From an uncultured cyanobacterium (GTDB taxonomy: Bacteria; Cyanobacteriota; Cyanobacteriia; PCC-9006; JAAUQQ01), in the NCBI GenBank assembly GCA_963718615.1, contig OY970368.1, forward strand, positions 2,240,001 to 2,304,000: 64,000 nucleotides of DNA. Direction: 5' to 3'. Of this stretch, positions 41,180 to 51,122 are shown piece by piece (the first letter of the stretch is position 1; each line of letters opens with the position of its first letter). Position numbers and translations under genes: made by a program. The notes below the pieces were generated by a model. It was not told the DNA's origin, searched no databases, and saw only the letters and a list, made by a program, of their open reading frames with translations.

Positions 41180-42042
41180 CCATGGGGTATCAGCATCCGG
41201 GTCAGGCTTTTTTGAGCCAGTTTGGGGCACTCCGAAGCGGTGCCGAAATTGCGGCCTATGGTGAGTTTTTGCGCAGTGCTGCGGGACTATCCAGTGACCC
41301 TCCCATTGATCTAGAAAAAATTTATGCGCGTTTTGAAATGCCTTTGCCTCGGCCAGCGCCTCTGACGGATCAGCAAGGAATTTTGCTGGATGGCGATCGC
41401 GGCCTAGTCTTGATCAAAGCCGATGACCCTCGGGTGCGCCAACGCTTTACCGAAGGGCATGAGCTGATGGAGCTGTTGTTTGAGGCCCAGGTGCAATCGG
41501 GGGCGGCTTGGCAGGTGACGGGCGACCCAAAGGAAAAATGGTGCGATCGCGGTGCCGCATCACTCTTAATGCCTCGGGAGTCCTTCGCGCCCCGACTCAA
41601 AAATTTGGGCTGTTCGATCGCCACGGCTAAAAAATTAGCGGCAGCCTATCAAACCTCCTTGCTGGCAACGTTGATGCGGATGATGCAGGTGGCGGAGGGG
41701 GTCCATTGTCTGCGGGTTTGGCGGTTGGGCTGGGCGGATATGGCTGCAACGACCGGACGAGAGCCGCCGCAGTTGTGGTCTTGGTGGCAGACGGCGACGG
41801 CGGGTTGGACTGCTTCACCCCTGGGATGCGTTTGGCATCAACCCTCGCCCCTCCCGGCACAATCGGTGATTGGCTTGGCCCATGCGCTGGATCAGTTTTT
41901 GACGGGCACGGAAGATTGGGGGAGCATGACTTCCCAGGGGGGCGATCGCCCCCAGCGCTGTGCCATTGAGGCTTTACCCCTCACCCTTGGCCATCGTCGA
42001 GCGGTGGTATCGCTGTTCCATCAATTGGAGACTGGCGAATAA
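41176..42042 (+). CDS. ImmA/IrrE family metallopeptidase-like protein
   Basis: RQRFTEGHELME...EKWCDRGAASLLMP; overlaps the HTH gene stop. Confidence 0.8.
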   Translation: MTMGYQHPGQAFLSQFGALRSGAEIAAYGEFLRSAAGLSSDPPIDLEKIYARFEMPLPRPAPLTDQQGILLDGDRGLVLIKADDPRVRQRFTEGHELMELLFEAQVQSGAAWQVTGDPKEKWCDRGAASLLMPRESFAPRLKNLGCSIATAKKLAAAYQTSLLATLMRMMQVAEGVHCLRVWRLGWADMAATTGREPPQLWSWWQTATAGWTASPLGCVWHQPSPLPAQSVIGLAHALDQFLTGTEDWGSMTSQGGDRPQRCAIEALPLTLGHRRAVVSLFHQLETGE

Positions 42043-42082
42043 CTGAAGGCTGAGAATCACTCACGGCTGGGGAATCCATCGT

Positions 42083-43462
42083 CTAAATCCAAGTCGTCAG
42101 CCACATCCGCAGCTTCAATCCCGTTTCAGTCAGGGGCAGTCCCAGATAAACGGGCATCCAGAAGAGAAAGGCGATCGCCACCATCCCCAAAAGCCCCAGG
42201 CCGACCCTCGGCCAACGGTCGCACCAAAAGGCTAACCCTAAGGCCCCAAAACAAGTCGCCCCCAGATGGTGATACATAAACGTACAGCGACTCACGAAGG
42301 CCCAGGGCAGCCAGTTTGCGCTGTAGTTGAGCAGGATGTAAGTGGCGATCGCCAGTTGTCCTTGACTGAGCAGGAGGGGAGCAGCCTTACATTGCGCTTC
42401 GATCTGCTGGCGGTCTTGCTGCTCTAGTCGCCAAAGCCAGCGTTGCCAGAGGCTCCAGATGAGGGTACCGAGGAGGAGGGCGATCGCCAAGGTCGACAGC
42501 CACCAAAGCAGCGGATTGCCCATGGCATGGACATCAAACCGCCAAACCCCATCCGTCGACTTACGAAAAAAGTAGGCGATGGGACGGAGCATCAATGGCC
42601 AACTCCACCAGGGAGAACAGTAGGGATGGACGGTTTTGCTATTTCCCCCCATTCCCTCATGAAACCCCAGCATTTGCTCATGGACTTTGATCAAACCCAC
42701 ATCGGTGTTGAACCGCAGATGGGGCAACCAGAGAATCCCGTAAACGATTGCTGGCATGAGCCAGAGCGCAATCAGCCCTTGCCAGAGGACCAGAGATGGC
42801 CGTCGGGCTTTGAGCTGAAACCAGAGCCAAGCCCCAATCCAGCCCAATCCAGGGACAAACCAATAGCCCAACCCATTCCATTTGACGGAGATACAGGCCC
42901 CGAAGCTGAGCCCAGCATTCATCAGCCAATGCCATCGTTCTGGAACGGGTGCGCGCAGGGCCTTGAGGACGCACCATTGACCCAGCAAACCCAAGGTCAC
43001 GAGATACACATGCAGTAGGGCAAACCGGGATTCCACCAGCAGAAACCCATCCGCCGCAATCAGAGCCCCCGCGATCAGGCCCAAACTGCGGCGACCGCTG
43101 AGCTGCCGTCCAATCCCAGCTACGAGGAGCGGAATCCAGGCCCCTACAAACCCATTCAGCCAGCGATAGCTAAGGGGCGAGAGCGAAACGCCCGCTGCTT
43201 CATTGCGGGGCTGGGCTCCAACAAAGATCAGGTTTTCACCCAGCCAAGTCCCTGCGGCAATGAGATATTTTCCCAGGGGCGGATGGGCGTCAAAAATCGG
43301 TTTTTGGGTCAGGTAGGCGTAGCCATATTTGACGTAGTAGATTTCGTCAAACACCAGTTCATTGAGGCGATCGAGCCGCCAGAGCCGCAGTACCAGAGAA
43401 ACACAGAACAACGCACCCAAACCCCAGGCGTACCAGTGACGGGAGAAAGCGTGAAGACGCAT
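42083..43462 (-). CDS. PMT-family (GT39) protein O-mannosyltransferase-like glycosyltransferase
   Basis: VFDEIYY, DAHPPLGK, ESRFALL, SVKWNG and HPYCSPWWSWP motifs. The ORF track extends to 43549. Confidence 0.88.
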   Translation of the reverse strand: MRLHAFSRHWYAWGLGALFCVSLVLRLWRLDRLNELVFDEIYYVKYGYAYLTQKPIFDAHPPLGKYLIAAGTWLGENLIFVGAQPRNEAAGVSLSPLSYRWLNGFVGAWIPLLVAGIGRQLSGRRSLGLIAGALIAADGFLLVESRFALLHVYLVTLGLLGQWCVLKALRAPVPERWHWLMNAGLSFGACISVKWNGLGYWFVPGLGWIGAWLWFQLKARRPSLVLWQGLIALWLMPAIVYGILWLPHLRFNTDVGLIKVHEQMLGFHEGMGGNSKTVHPYCSPWWSWPLMLRPIAYFFRKSTDGVWRFDVHAMGNPLLWWLSTLAIALLLGTLIWSLWQRWLWRLEQQDRQQIEAQCKAAPLLLSQGQLAIATYILLNYSANWLPWAFVSRCTFMYHHLGATCFGALGLAFWCDRWPRVGLGLLGMVAIAFLFWMPVYLGLPLTETGLKLRMWLTTWI

Positions 43463-43575
43463 AGCGGGACAGCCCAGAACCAATACGGATATATAGACAC
43501 AGAGAAGAGAATAGATCGGGATTGGGTGATTCAGATATGAGACGATCAAGCCTGTGGTTGTTCTAGGGTGATTGG

Positions 43576-44466
43576 GTGCTGACAGGAAAAGGGTTGAGCG
43601 GTTTGAAGTTAGCTTGCTTGTTGGGGCTAAGCTTCTGGTTAACGAGCTGTGCGCTGCTCCAGGATCTGGGCAGTTTGCGGTTGATGACGAGCCCCCATCT
43701 GATGCTGGGCAATCCTAGTGATGCCAGGACACGTTTGGGCCAACCCAATAACTATTTGATCCTCAAGCCTCAATTTGCGGTGTCCTATAATCGCGATCGC
43801 GGTATTCCCAATTGGGCCAGTTGGCAGCTCAACGCCAGTTGGCTCGGTCCGATCGAGCGTCAAAATAATTTTCGCGCTGACCCCAGTTTGCCGGAGGATT
43901 GGCCGCAGATTACGTCCCAGGATTATCGCGATCGCCGCTACGATCGGGGCCATTTGGTGCCTTCGGGCGATCGCACCGCCTCCGTGGCAGACAATGCCGC
44001 AACCTTTGTCTTTACCAACATCGTGCCCCAGGTACCGGGCAATAATCGGGGACCTTGGAGTGAGCTGGAGCAGTATTGCCGTCAGTTGGTGGGGCAGGGC
44101 CAGGAGTTGTATATTATCGCGGGAAGTTTGGGTCAACAGGGACGGATTGGCAGTGCCAAGGTGACGGTACCCAGCAGCGTTTGGAAGGTGATTGTGGTGA
44201 TGCCAGAACCAGGGCTATCGGCGGCGGATGTGACGGCTGCAACGCGGGTGATTGCCGTCAATATTCCCAATACGCCTTCGGTTGGCAGTCAGTCTTGGCG
44301 TCGGTTTGTGACGACGGTGGATGAAATTGAGGACTTGACGGGGTACGAGTTGCTGTCCAATGTCAATCAGGGGGTGCAGCGTGTGATTGAGGGGCAGAAG
44401 GATTTGCGATCGCTCCAGTCAATGCGGTTGGATGGGGATGGGGGAGGGCGATCGCGATTAAACTAA
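43576..44466 (+). CDS. DNA/RNA non-specific endonuclease (NucA-like)
   Basis: YDRGHLVPS and TNIVPQ...NRGPW motifs; lipoprotein-like signal. Confidence 0.9.
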   Translation: MLTGKGLSGLKLACLLGLSFWLTSCALLQDLGSLRLMTSPHLMLGNPSDARTRLGQPNNYLILKPQFAVSYNRDRGIPNWASWQLNASWLGPIERQNNFRADPSLPEDWPQITSQDYRDRRYDRGHLVPSGDRTASVADNAATFVFTNIVPQVPGNNRGPWSELEQYCRQLVGQGQELYIIAGSLGQQGRIGSAKVTVPSSVWKVIVVMPEPGLSAADVTAATRVIAVNIPNTPSVGSQSWRRFVTTVDEIEDLTGYELLSNVNQGVQRVIEGQKDLRSLQSMRLDGDGGGRSRLN

Positions 44467-44544
44467 AAGAATCTCGAAAAGAATCTCGAAAAGAACCCCG
44501 AAAAGAGCCTCAAACGTCCCAATCAGCCACCCCCATCAGCCCTC

Positions 44545-45105
44545 ATGGTTTCTGTTGTTGCGTCTCCGCTCACCCTCGCAGAATATTTGGCCCGTCCTGA
44601 AAGCTGTGGCCGCTACGAATTGATTGACGGAGCCCTTGTCCCCAAAATGTCCCCTAAGCGATTTCATTCTCGGACTCAGCGCGCCTTTCTCTACCTGCTG
44701 GATGGGTGGGGAGAGGACCTCGGAGAAGTGGGTGTGGAATGGTCTGTGATTTTGGAGAAGGATGGGCAAGCCTGGGTGCCAGTGCCTGATCTGCTGTTTG
44801 TGTTTAACGAACGCTTGCCAGCGGATTTGGGGGATGAAGCTTGTTCGGTGGCCCCCGATTTGGTGATTGAGATTATTTCACCGGGGCAAACCTTTGGTGA
44901 AATGGCTGAAAAAGCAGTGGATTATGTATCAGCAGGGGTCGCGCGAGTTTGGATGGTGGATTCCCAGGCGCAGACCATTACGGTGTTTGCTGCCAACGCG
45001 ATGCCGGTGACCTATCGGGGCGATCGCCTACTCTCAGATGGACAATTTCCAGGGTTGGAATTGACTGCTGCACAAGTGTTTCAGCGAGCCGGGTTAGCGT
45101 CTTGA
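44545..45105 (+). CDS. Uma2 family endonuclease
   Basis: YELIDG, VPDL and APDLVIEIISP motifs. Confidence 0.9.
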   Translation: MVSVVASPLTLAEYLARPESCGRYELIDGALVPKMSPKRFHSRTQRAFLYLLDGWGEDLGEVGVEWSVILEKDGQAWVPVPDLLFVFNERLPADLGDEACSVAPDLVIEIISPGQTFGEMAEKAVDYVSAGVARVWMVDSQAQTITVFAANAMPVTYRGDRLLSDGQFPGLELTAAQVFQRAGLAS

Positions 45106-46073
45106 GTTCGGCAAAACCAAAACTCTTAATCACCGGGGCCAGCGGTTTTCTCGGTACTTGGCTAGCAGACCTCGCCCTAGCGAACTGGCAGGTCTATGGC
45201 ACCCATCGGCATCCCCTTGGGGCCGATTTGGGGGCCGGTCTCCCCGGATTAACTTGGATGCAAGCGGATTTAGCCGATGCTGAGGCCGTGGCTGAGCTGT
45301 TGGATCGCCTGCAGCCCGATGGGATCGCCCACCTCGCCGCCCAAGCCAACACCACGATCTGTCAACAGGACCCCGAGGGCACCTACGGCATTAATGTGCG
45401 GATTCCGGAGGCGATCGCCCGTGAATGTCGCGATCGCCAAATTCCCCTCCTGTTTACCTCCACGGGCATGGTGTTTGGGGGCGATCGCCCTCCCTATGCC
45501 GAAACCGATCCGGTCAACCCCCTCAATGTCTACGCCCAGCAAAAGGTGGAAGCAGAGCAGCGGGTGTTGGCGGTTTATCCCCAGGCGATCGTCGCGCGCC
45601 TGCCGCTAATGTTCAGCTTGACCCCATCTCGCCTCGGCACCGTGGCCCCGCGCAATTTCATGGCCAACCTTGATGAGGCCCTGCGTCAGAGACAACCGGT
45701 GCAGTTGTTTACGGATGAAATTCGTTCTCCGGTGAGTGCGGCGGTGGCGGCGGCGGGATTGCGGCTGGCGCTGGATTGGGCCAGGACGGGACGTCATCGG
45801 GGGTTAGTGCATTTGGGGGGGCGATCGCCTGTGTCTCGCTATGACCTCGGGGTGTTGTTGGCCCAAGTGCGGGGCTATGCCACCGACGTAATCCAGCCCT
45901 GTCGCCAATCTGAGGTGATCCTGCCTGCTCTTCGGCCCCAGAACGTGACGCTCGATAGCACGTTAGCCTTTTCCCTCGGTTATGATCCACCGGAGCTCCT
46001 GGATCAATTGCAGGCTCCATCGGTTAGGTTCTCAAGCGATCAGGCCGATCAGAGAGGGCTGGGTCTTTCCTGA
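45102..46073 (+). CDS. RmlD-like extended SDR (dTDP-4-dehydrorhamnose reductase family)
   Basis: ITGASGFLG, YAQQK and FTDEIRSP motifs; likely TTG start overlapping the upstream stop. Confidence 0.85.
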   Translation: MSSAKPKLLITGASGFLGTWLADLALANWQVYGTHRHPLGADLGAGLPGLTWMQADLADAEAVAELLDRLQPDGIAHLAAQANTTICQQDPEGTYGINVRIPEAIARECRDRQIPLLFTSTGMVFGGDRPPYAETDPVNPLNVYAQQKVEAEQRVLAVYPQAIVARLPLMFSLTPSRLGTVAPRNFMANLDEALRQRQPVQLFTDEIRSPVSAAVAAAGLRLALDWARTGRHRGLVHLGGRSPVSRYDLGVLLAQVRGYATDVIQPCRQSEVILPALRPQNVTLDSTLAFSLGYDPPELLDQLQAPSVRFSSDQADQRGLGLS

Positions 46074-46174
46074 GCCAAAACTGGACGGGCCAGGGCATAC
46101 TAAAGAGCAATTATCGCGACTCTTTACTCTGTTATTGCTGTTCTGTTATTGCTGTATCGCTGAACATAATTTCT

Positions 46175-46819
46175 ATGCTAACCGCCCAACTCCCTGAATC
46201 CTTGCAAACTCTCCTTCAGGAGCAGCCTAAATTTCACGCGATTTATCACGATACCAAGCTGATTGAGGCGGATTGCTGCAACTGGGCGATCGACACCCCG
46301 ATCCTAGAATGGATTAGCAAGCATGTGAAACCAGAGTTCAAAACCTTAGAAACCGGCTGTGGCTATTCTTCCGTTGCCTTTATCGTGGCCGGGGCGGAGC
46401 ATACCGTGCTGTCGCCGATCGCCGCCGAACACGAAGCCATCCAGCGCTGGTGCGCCACCCAGGGGATCGACCTGGGCCGGGTGACGTTCCTGGCTCAAGC
46501 CTCCCAGGATGTAGTTCACAGCATGGCCCCAACGCCCCTGGATGTGGTCTTGATCGATGGCAACCATGCCTTCCCGACGCCCTTTATCGACTGGTATTAC
46601 ACCGCTGAACGGGTGCGAGAGGGGGGATATGTATTGGTGGATGATACGCAGATTATTACCGGTAAAATTCTCAAAGACTTCCTCGCCATGGAAGCTGGAC
46701 GGTGGGCCTTGGCCGCAGAGTTTGGCAAAACTGCGGTGTTTCAACGGGTAACGTCGGAATCCGTGACGCGGGGGTTTTGGTGGGGCAAACAACCCTACTG
46801 TCAAGAAATTCAGGAATAA
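46175..46819 (+). CDS. Class I SAM-dependent methyltransferase (Methyltransf_24-like)
   Basis: TLETGCGYSS, LIDGNH and VLVDD motifs. Confidence 0.82.
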   Translation: MLTAQLPESLQTLLQEQPKFHAIYHDTKLIEADCCNWAIDTPILEWISKHVKPEFKTLETGCGYSSVAFIVAGAEHTVLSPIAAEHEAIQRWCATQGIDLGRVTFLAQASQDVVHSMAPTPLDVVLIDGNHAFPTPFIDWYYTAERVREGGYVLVDDTQIITGKILKDFLAMEAGRWALAAEFGKTAVFQRVTSESVTRGFWWGKQPYCQEIQE

Positions 46820-46822
46820 ACT

Positions 46823-47887
46823 GTGGATAATCCCGTTGCTCGTTCCGCCCAAACCCAGGCTCGGAAAGCTGATCACATTCGCATTTGTTTGCAAGATGAC
46901 ATCGAATGTCAAACCATTACCACGGGATTTGAGCAATATCGGTTTCAGCATTGTTGTTTACCGGATGTGGATTTTCAGGCCATCGATCTGGCGACGACGT
47001 TTTTGGGCAAACCCCTCGGGGCACCGCTGCTGATTTCCTCCATGACCGGGGGAACGGAACAGGCGCGGCAAATCAACTACGCTTTGGCGGAGGTGGCGCA
47101 AACCTATGGCTTGGCTATGGGGGTGGGATCACAGCGGGTGGCGGTGGAAAATCCGGCGTTGATGAAGACGTTTGATGTGCGGGCGATCGCCCCAGATATT
47201 TTCCTCTGCGCCAATCTCGGGGCGGTGCAGCTTAACTATCGCTATGGGGTTGATGAATGTCGGCGGCTGGTGGATGACCTAGAGGCCGATGCGCTGATTT
47301 TGCATCTCAACCCGCTCCAGGAGTGTATTCAGCCTCGGGGAGATACGAATTTTAAGGGGTTGGCGCGGCACATCGAAATGCTGTGTCAACAACTGCCGAT
47401 CCCCGTGGTGGCGAAGGAAGTGGGCAACGGTATTTCTGGGCCGATGGCGCGGCGGTTGCTGGACTTGGGGATCAGCGCCATTGACGTGGCCGGGGCGGGG
47501 GGGACTTCCTGGGCCAAGGTGGAAAGCGAGCGGGCGGATAATGAACTCCAGCGGCAACTCGGGCTGACCTTTGCAGATTGGGGGATTCCCACGGCGGATT
47601 GTTTGGTGCAGGTGCGGCAGCTTGCCCCAGCGGTGCCGCTGATTGCCTCCGGGGGGATTCGAGATGGGGTGGAGGGGGCGAAGGCGATCGCCCTCGGTGC
47701 CGATCTGGTGGGGATGGCCAGACCGTTTTTACAAGCGGCCTGCGATTCTCCCCTGGCCCTCCAAGAAAAAGTCGAGCTGCTGTTCGCAGAGCTTAAAACG
47801 GTGTTGTTTTGCACCAACCATGCCACACCGGCTGAATTGAAGCAGACAAAAGCCCTTGGGCGAATTGGACCCCATTGGAACGCCTAA
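46823..47887 (+). CDS. fni: Type 2 isopentenyl-diphosphate delta-isomerase
   Basis: RKADH, SSMTGG, GSQR, HLNPLQE, KEVGNG and GAGGTSW motifs. Confidence 0.95.
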   Translation: MDNPVARSAQTQARKADHIRICLQDDIECQTITTGFEQYRFQHCCLPDVDFQAIDLATTFLGKPLGAPLLISSMTGGTEQARQINYALAEVAQTYGLAMGVGSQRVAVENPALMKTFDVRAIAPDIFLCANLGAVQLNYRYGVDECRRLVDDLEADALILHLNPLQECIQPRGDTNFKGLARHIEMLCQQLPIPVVAKEVGNGISGPMARRLLDLGISAIDVAGAGGTSWAKVESERADNELQRQLGLTFADWGIPTADCLVQVRQLAPAVPLIASGGIRDGVEGAKAIALGADLVGMARPFLQAACDSPLALQEKVELLFAELKTVLFCTNHATPAELKQTKALGRIGPHWNA

Positions 47888-47989
47888 ATGTCAGGAAAAC
47901 TAGATATGAAATTCTTCTTAAAAGGGGATGACATCGACTTTCTTGGCTAAGAATAGTAGAAGAATTGATTGCTCAGGCGGGGGGCTACG

Positions 47990-48583
47990 ATGGCGTATGT
48001 GTGTGAACTGGGTGCGGGTCAAAAGGTGTATTTGGACAATCAAGGTCCTCAAACCTTGCTGACCGTGAGTACCAGTACCCCTGGCCAGCAGCAGCAGGCC
48101 AGCAGCATGTTTCAAACCGGCGCTTGGACGGTTCCTCCTGTGGCGTTTGTGGCGGGACGGGGCGTCCTGCTGAAGGTTACGACGGCCCAGGGTGAAGCGT
48201 TTATTCAAGTCCAGGGCAATAGCACAAGCTTGATGGTGGGGTCGCCCAATACTGCGAGTTTGGAGGGATTAGCACTGCAATCCGTGGCGACGATGCCAGG
48301 GATGCAGCCGATGCAGCCCATGGAACCGATGCAGCCGATGCAACCCATGCAGCCCATGCAGCCCATGGACATGGGCAATATGCAGATGAATCTGAATCCC
48401 ATGGAAATGCGCATGGGCAATATGCAGATGCGCATGGGAGATTCGGCTCGGCCTGCGGCGGCGAATGAAGTTGCCGATGCATCTCCAGCTAGCGGAAAGA
48501 CTCGGAAATTCTGTAGCCAGTGCGGTAGCCAGATTGAAGCGACGGATCGGTTTTGTAGTAGCTGTGGACATCAGCTGCAATAA
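47990..48583 (+). CDS. Zinc-ribbon domain protein with (MQP)n repeat
   Basis: C-terminal FCSQCG...FCSSCG; 9-bp repeats at about 48302-48366. Confidence 0.8.
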   Translation: MAYVCELGAGQKVYLDNQGPQTLLTVSTSTPGQQQQASSMFQTGAWTVPPVAFVAGRGVLLKVTTAQGEAFIQVQGNSTSLMVGSPNTASLEGLALQSVATMPGMQPMQPMEPMQPMQPMQPMQPMDMGNMQMNLNPMEMRMGNMQMRMGDSARPAAANEVADASPASGKTRKFCSQCGSQIEATDRFCSSCGHQLQ

Positions 48584-48585
48584 GT

Positions 48586-51051
48586 TTGGGCAAGAATTTA
48601 GGCTGCAATCAATCAAGGGTGCAAGATCGAGTGACACAATTTGATTTAAAGACTCCAACGGTAACTTCGGTGGCTGGGGTGACCACAGCGGAGGTGGCAA
48701 CAACTGAGGTGACAACAACTGAGTCGACCTTGTCTGCATGGGAATCCGCGCTTTCCAGCTCTTTGCTGGATGCCTTAGGCCATCGCATTGACCAACAGCT
48801 CCAAGCTCAGCAAGTGGGTCTCATGATGGGGGGGGAACCGACGTTTGTGGCGCGGGATCAGCTGCATTTGGCTCAGTGGCAAACGGTTGCCCTGGGGCCA
48901 GAGAAGCGATCGCTTGCAGAACGGTTGCTGTGGGAACTGTGCGATCGCCTCCAGATTCCCCATGCCCTACGCCACAGCGGCATTGGCAAACAATATCCCG
49001 GAGAAGGGGAGCCGCGCTGGTCCTTGGGCTGTTACTGGCGGCAGGATGGTCAGCCCCTCTGGCGAGATACCCGCTGGTTGGCGAAACCCTCTGGTTCAGC
49101 GCCGGAGCCGGAAATAACAGAAAACCAGGTCCAATCCGATTTGTCGCGTCTGTTTATGGAGGCCTTGGTGCAGTCCCTCGGGATCGCTCCCCAGCGGATT
49201 ATTGCGGCCTACGAGGCGGAGGCGGAAACGCCAACGGGCTATGTCTTGCCGCTCTTAGCGGTCGTTCCTCCATCACAGGCCATTGATTCTGCCTGCTGGG
49301 CAAGCTGTTCCTGGACCTTTGCGCCAGCCTATCGACCTCAGCCGGAAACTGCCGACCCGTTCACGGGGGTAGTTCTGTTGGCAACAACGGGGCCTGTGGG
49401 GCTGCGCTTGCCGCTGCACGGACTGCCTGAGGTTGAGACATGGGTGGATGAAGTGGATGCGGCGTTAACGGCGGCACCGATCGCCAGCGCCCCCACCCCG
49501 GTTGCACTCCCCGATAACAGCATTCGCATTGCCCTGGCGGTGGAACTGCGGGCGGATGAGCTCTGTGTCTTTTTGCCGCCCCTGAGTTCCGCCCGAGGGT
49601 TTGTGGATTTGCTGGCCCAGGTGGAGGCGATCGCCACTCGTCTCCAAGTTCCCGTTCGGATTGAGGGCTATGTCCCCCCTCGCAGCAGCGGCATTGAGGG
49701 CTTTCAAATTACGCCGGATCCGGGGGTGATCGAAGTTAATATTCACCCTGCGGCCACTTGGGCTGAGCTGAGCCAGATCAGCAACGCGCTCTACGGGGCG
49801 GCGACGGCCTGCGGTCTCATGGCCTACAAATATGCCAACGATGGTCGTTTAATTCCCACGGGCGGTGGCTCGCATATTACCCTAGGTGGGGTCTCAACCC
49901 AGACAAGTCCGCTGTTGCGTCGCCCGGATTTGCTGCGCAGTTTTATCAGCTACTGGCAAAATCATCCCAGCTTGAGCTATCTGTTTGCAGGGTTGTTTGT
50001 CGGACCCACGAGCCAAGCTCCCCGTGTGGATGAAGCCCGCCATGAAACCCTCTATGAACTAGAGATTGCCTTTCAAGCGATTCAATCTCATCAATCCTTA
50101 GAACCAGCGGTGCTCGATCGCCTCCTGGGTAATTTGTTGATTGATGTAACCGGAAATACCCATCGAGCGGCCTTTTGTATCGACAAGCTGTTCCCGGTGA
50201 ACAATCCGCGCTTGCAATTGGGATTGCTGGAATTTCGCTTTTTTGCTATGCCGCCGCTGGCCTGGATGCAGTTGTTAGAGCTACTACTAATTCGAGCCTT
50301 TGTCGCTTGGTTTTGGCAACATCCCTACACCCAGACCCTCCAGCGCTGGGGCACAACCCTGCACGATCGCTTCTTTTTACCCTACTACATTGCCCAGGAC
50401 TTCCAAGGGGTTTTAGCCGATTTACGCAGCGCCGGATATGACTTTGACTGGACCTGGTTTGAACCGCTGCTGGACTTTCGCTTTCCCCTCTATGGGTGCT
50501 TGGAGATCCCCCTCGACTCCGGCCCCCCCTTATCGCTGGAATTGCGCCATGCCCTAGAAATTTGGCCGGTGCTGGGGGAAGACGCTAGCACTGGCAATAC
50601 ATCTCGTGCGGTTGATTCTTCCATGGAGCGGCTCCAGGTGATGCTGCGGGGCGGTTCGTCCGAGCATCAGGTGCTGTGTAATGGCCAATGTGTCCCCCTG
50701 GTTCCCGTTGAGAATGCGCAAGTTGAGAATGCGCAAGCCTGGGTGGGTGGAGTGAGGTTTCGGGCACGACGTTTGGGCTCTATGCTCAATCCCTTTGTGG
50801 ATCCCCATGCTCCGCTGCGGTTCGAAGTAGTTGATCGTTCAACCCAGACGGTTTTAGGGGTTTGCTTTTACCATGCCGATGGGCCGAGCGGAGAGCCCTA
50901 TTGGACGATTCCCCAGGATGAAGCTGAGGCGCGATCGCGACGTCAAGCTTCTTTTCACACAGGAGAAATCACAGAATTATTTCGCTCTATTCCTCCCCTC
51001 AAACAGCATTCAGAGTATCCTTTATCCTTGGATTTGCGCTGGCAAGATTGA
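48586..51051 (+). CDS. DUF2126 (transglutaminase-associated, putative amidoligase) protein
   Basis: MGGEPTFV, TPDPGVIEVN, TGGGSH, GPTSQAPRVDE and GNTHRA.FCIDKL motifs. Start uncertain. Confidence 0.85.
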   Translation: MGKNLGCNQSRVQDRVTQFDLKTPTVTSVAGVTTAEVATTEVTTTESTLSAWESALSSSLLDALGHRIDQQLQAQQVGLMMGGEPTFVARDQLHLAQWQTVALGPEKRSLAERLLWELCDRLQIPHALRHSGIGKQYPGEGEPRWSLGCYWRQDGQPLWRDTRWLAKPSGSAPEPEITENQVQSDLSRLFMEALVQSLGIAPQRIIAAYEAEAETPTGYVLPLLAVVPPSQAIDSACWASCSWTFAPAYRPQPETADPFTGVVLLATTGPVGLRLPLHGLPEVETWVDEVDAALTAAPIASAPTPVALPDNSIRIALAVELRADELCVFLPPLSSARGFVDLLAQVEAIATRLQVPVRIEGYVPPRSSGIEGFQITPDPGVIEVNIHPAATWAELSQISNALYGAATACGLMAYKYANDGRLIPTGGGSHITLGGVSTQTSPLLRRPDLLRSFISYWQNHPSLSYLFAGLFVGPTSQAPRVDEARHETLYELEIAFQAIQSHQSLEPAVLDRLLGNLLIDVTGNTHRAAFCIDKLFPVNNPRLQLGLLEFRFFAMPPLAWMQLLELLLIRAFVAWFWQHPYTQTLQRWGTTLHDRFFLPYYIAQDFQGVLADLRSAGYDFDWTWFEPLLDFRFPLYGCLEIPLDSGPPLSLELRHALEIWPVLGEDASTGNTSRAVDSSMERLQVMLRGGSSEHQVLCNGQCVPLVPVENAQVENAQAWVGGVRFRARRLGSMLNPFVDPHAPLRFEVVDRSTQTVLGVCFYHADGPSGEPYWTIPQDEAEARSRRQASFHTGEITELFRSIPPLKQHSEYPLSLDLRWQD

Positions 51052-51122
51052 GAAAGCTCATCGCTAATGACCCAAGGGCTAGTGACTTCATATATCCTGC
51101 ATTGCAGATTATAGTCAGGAGA

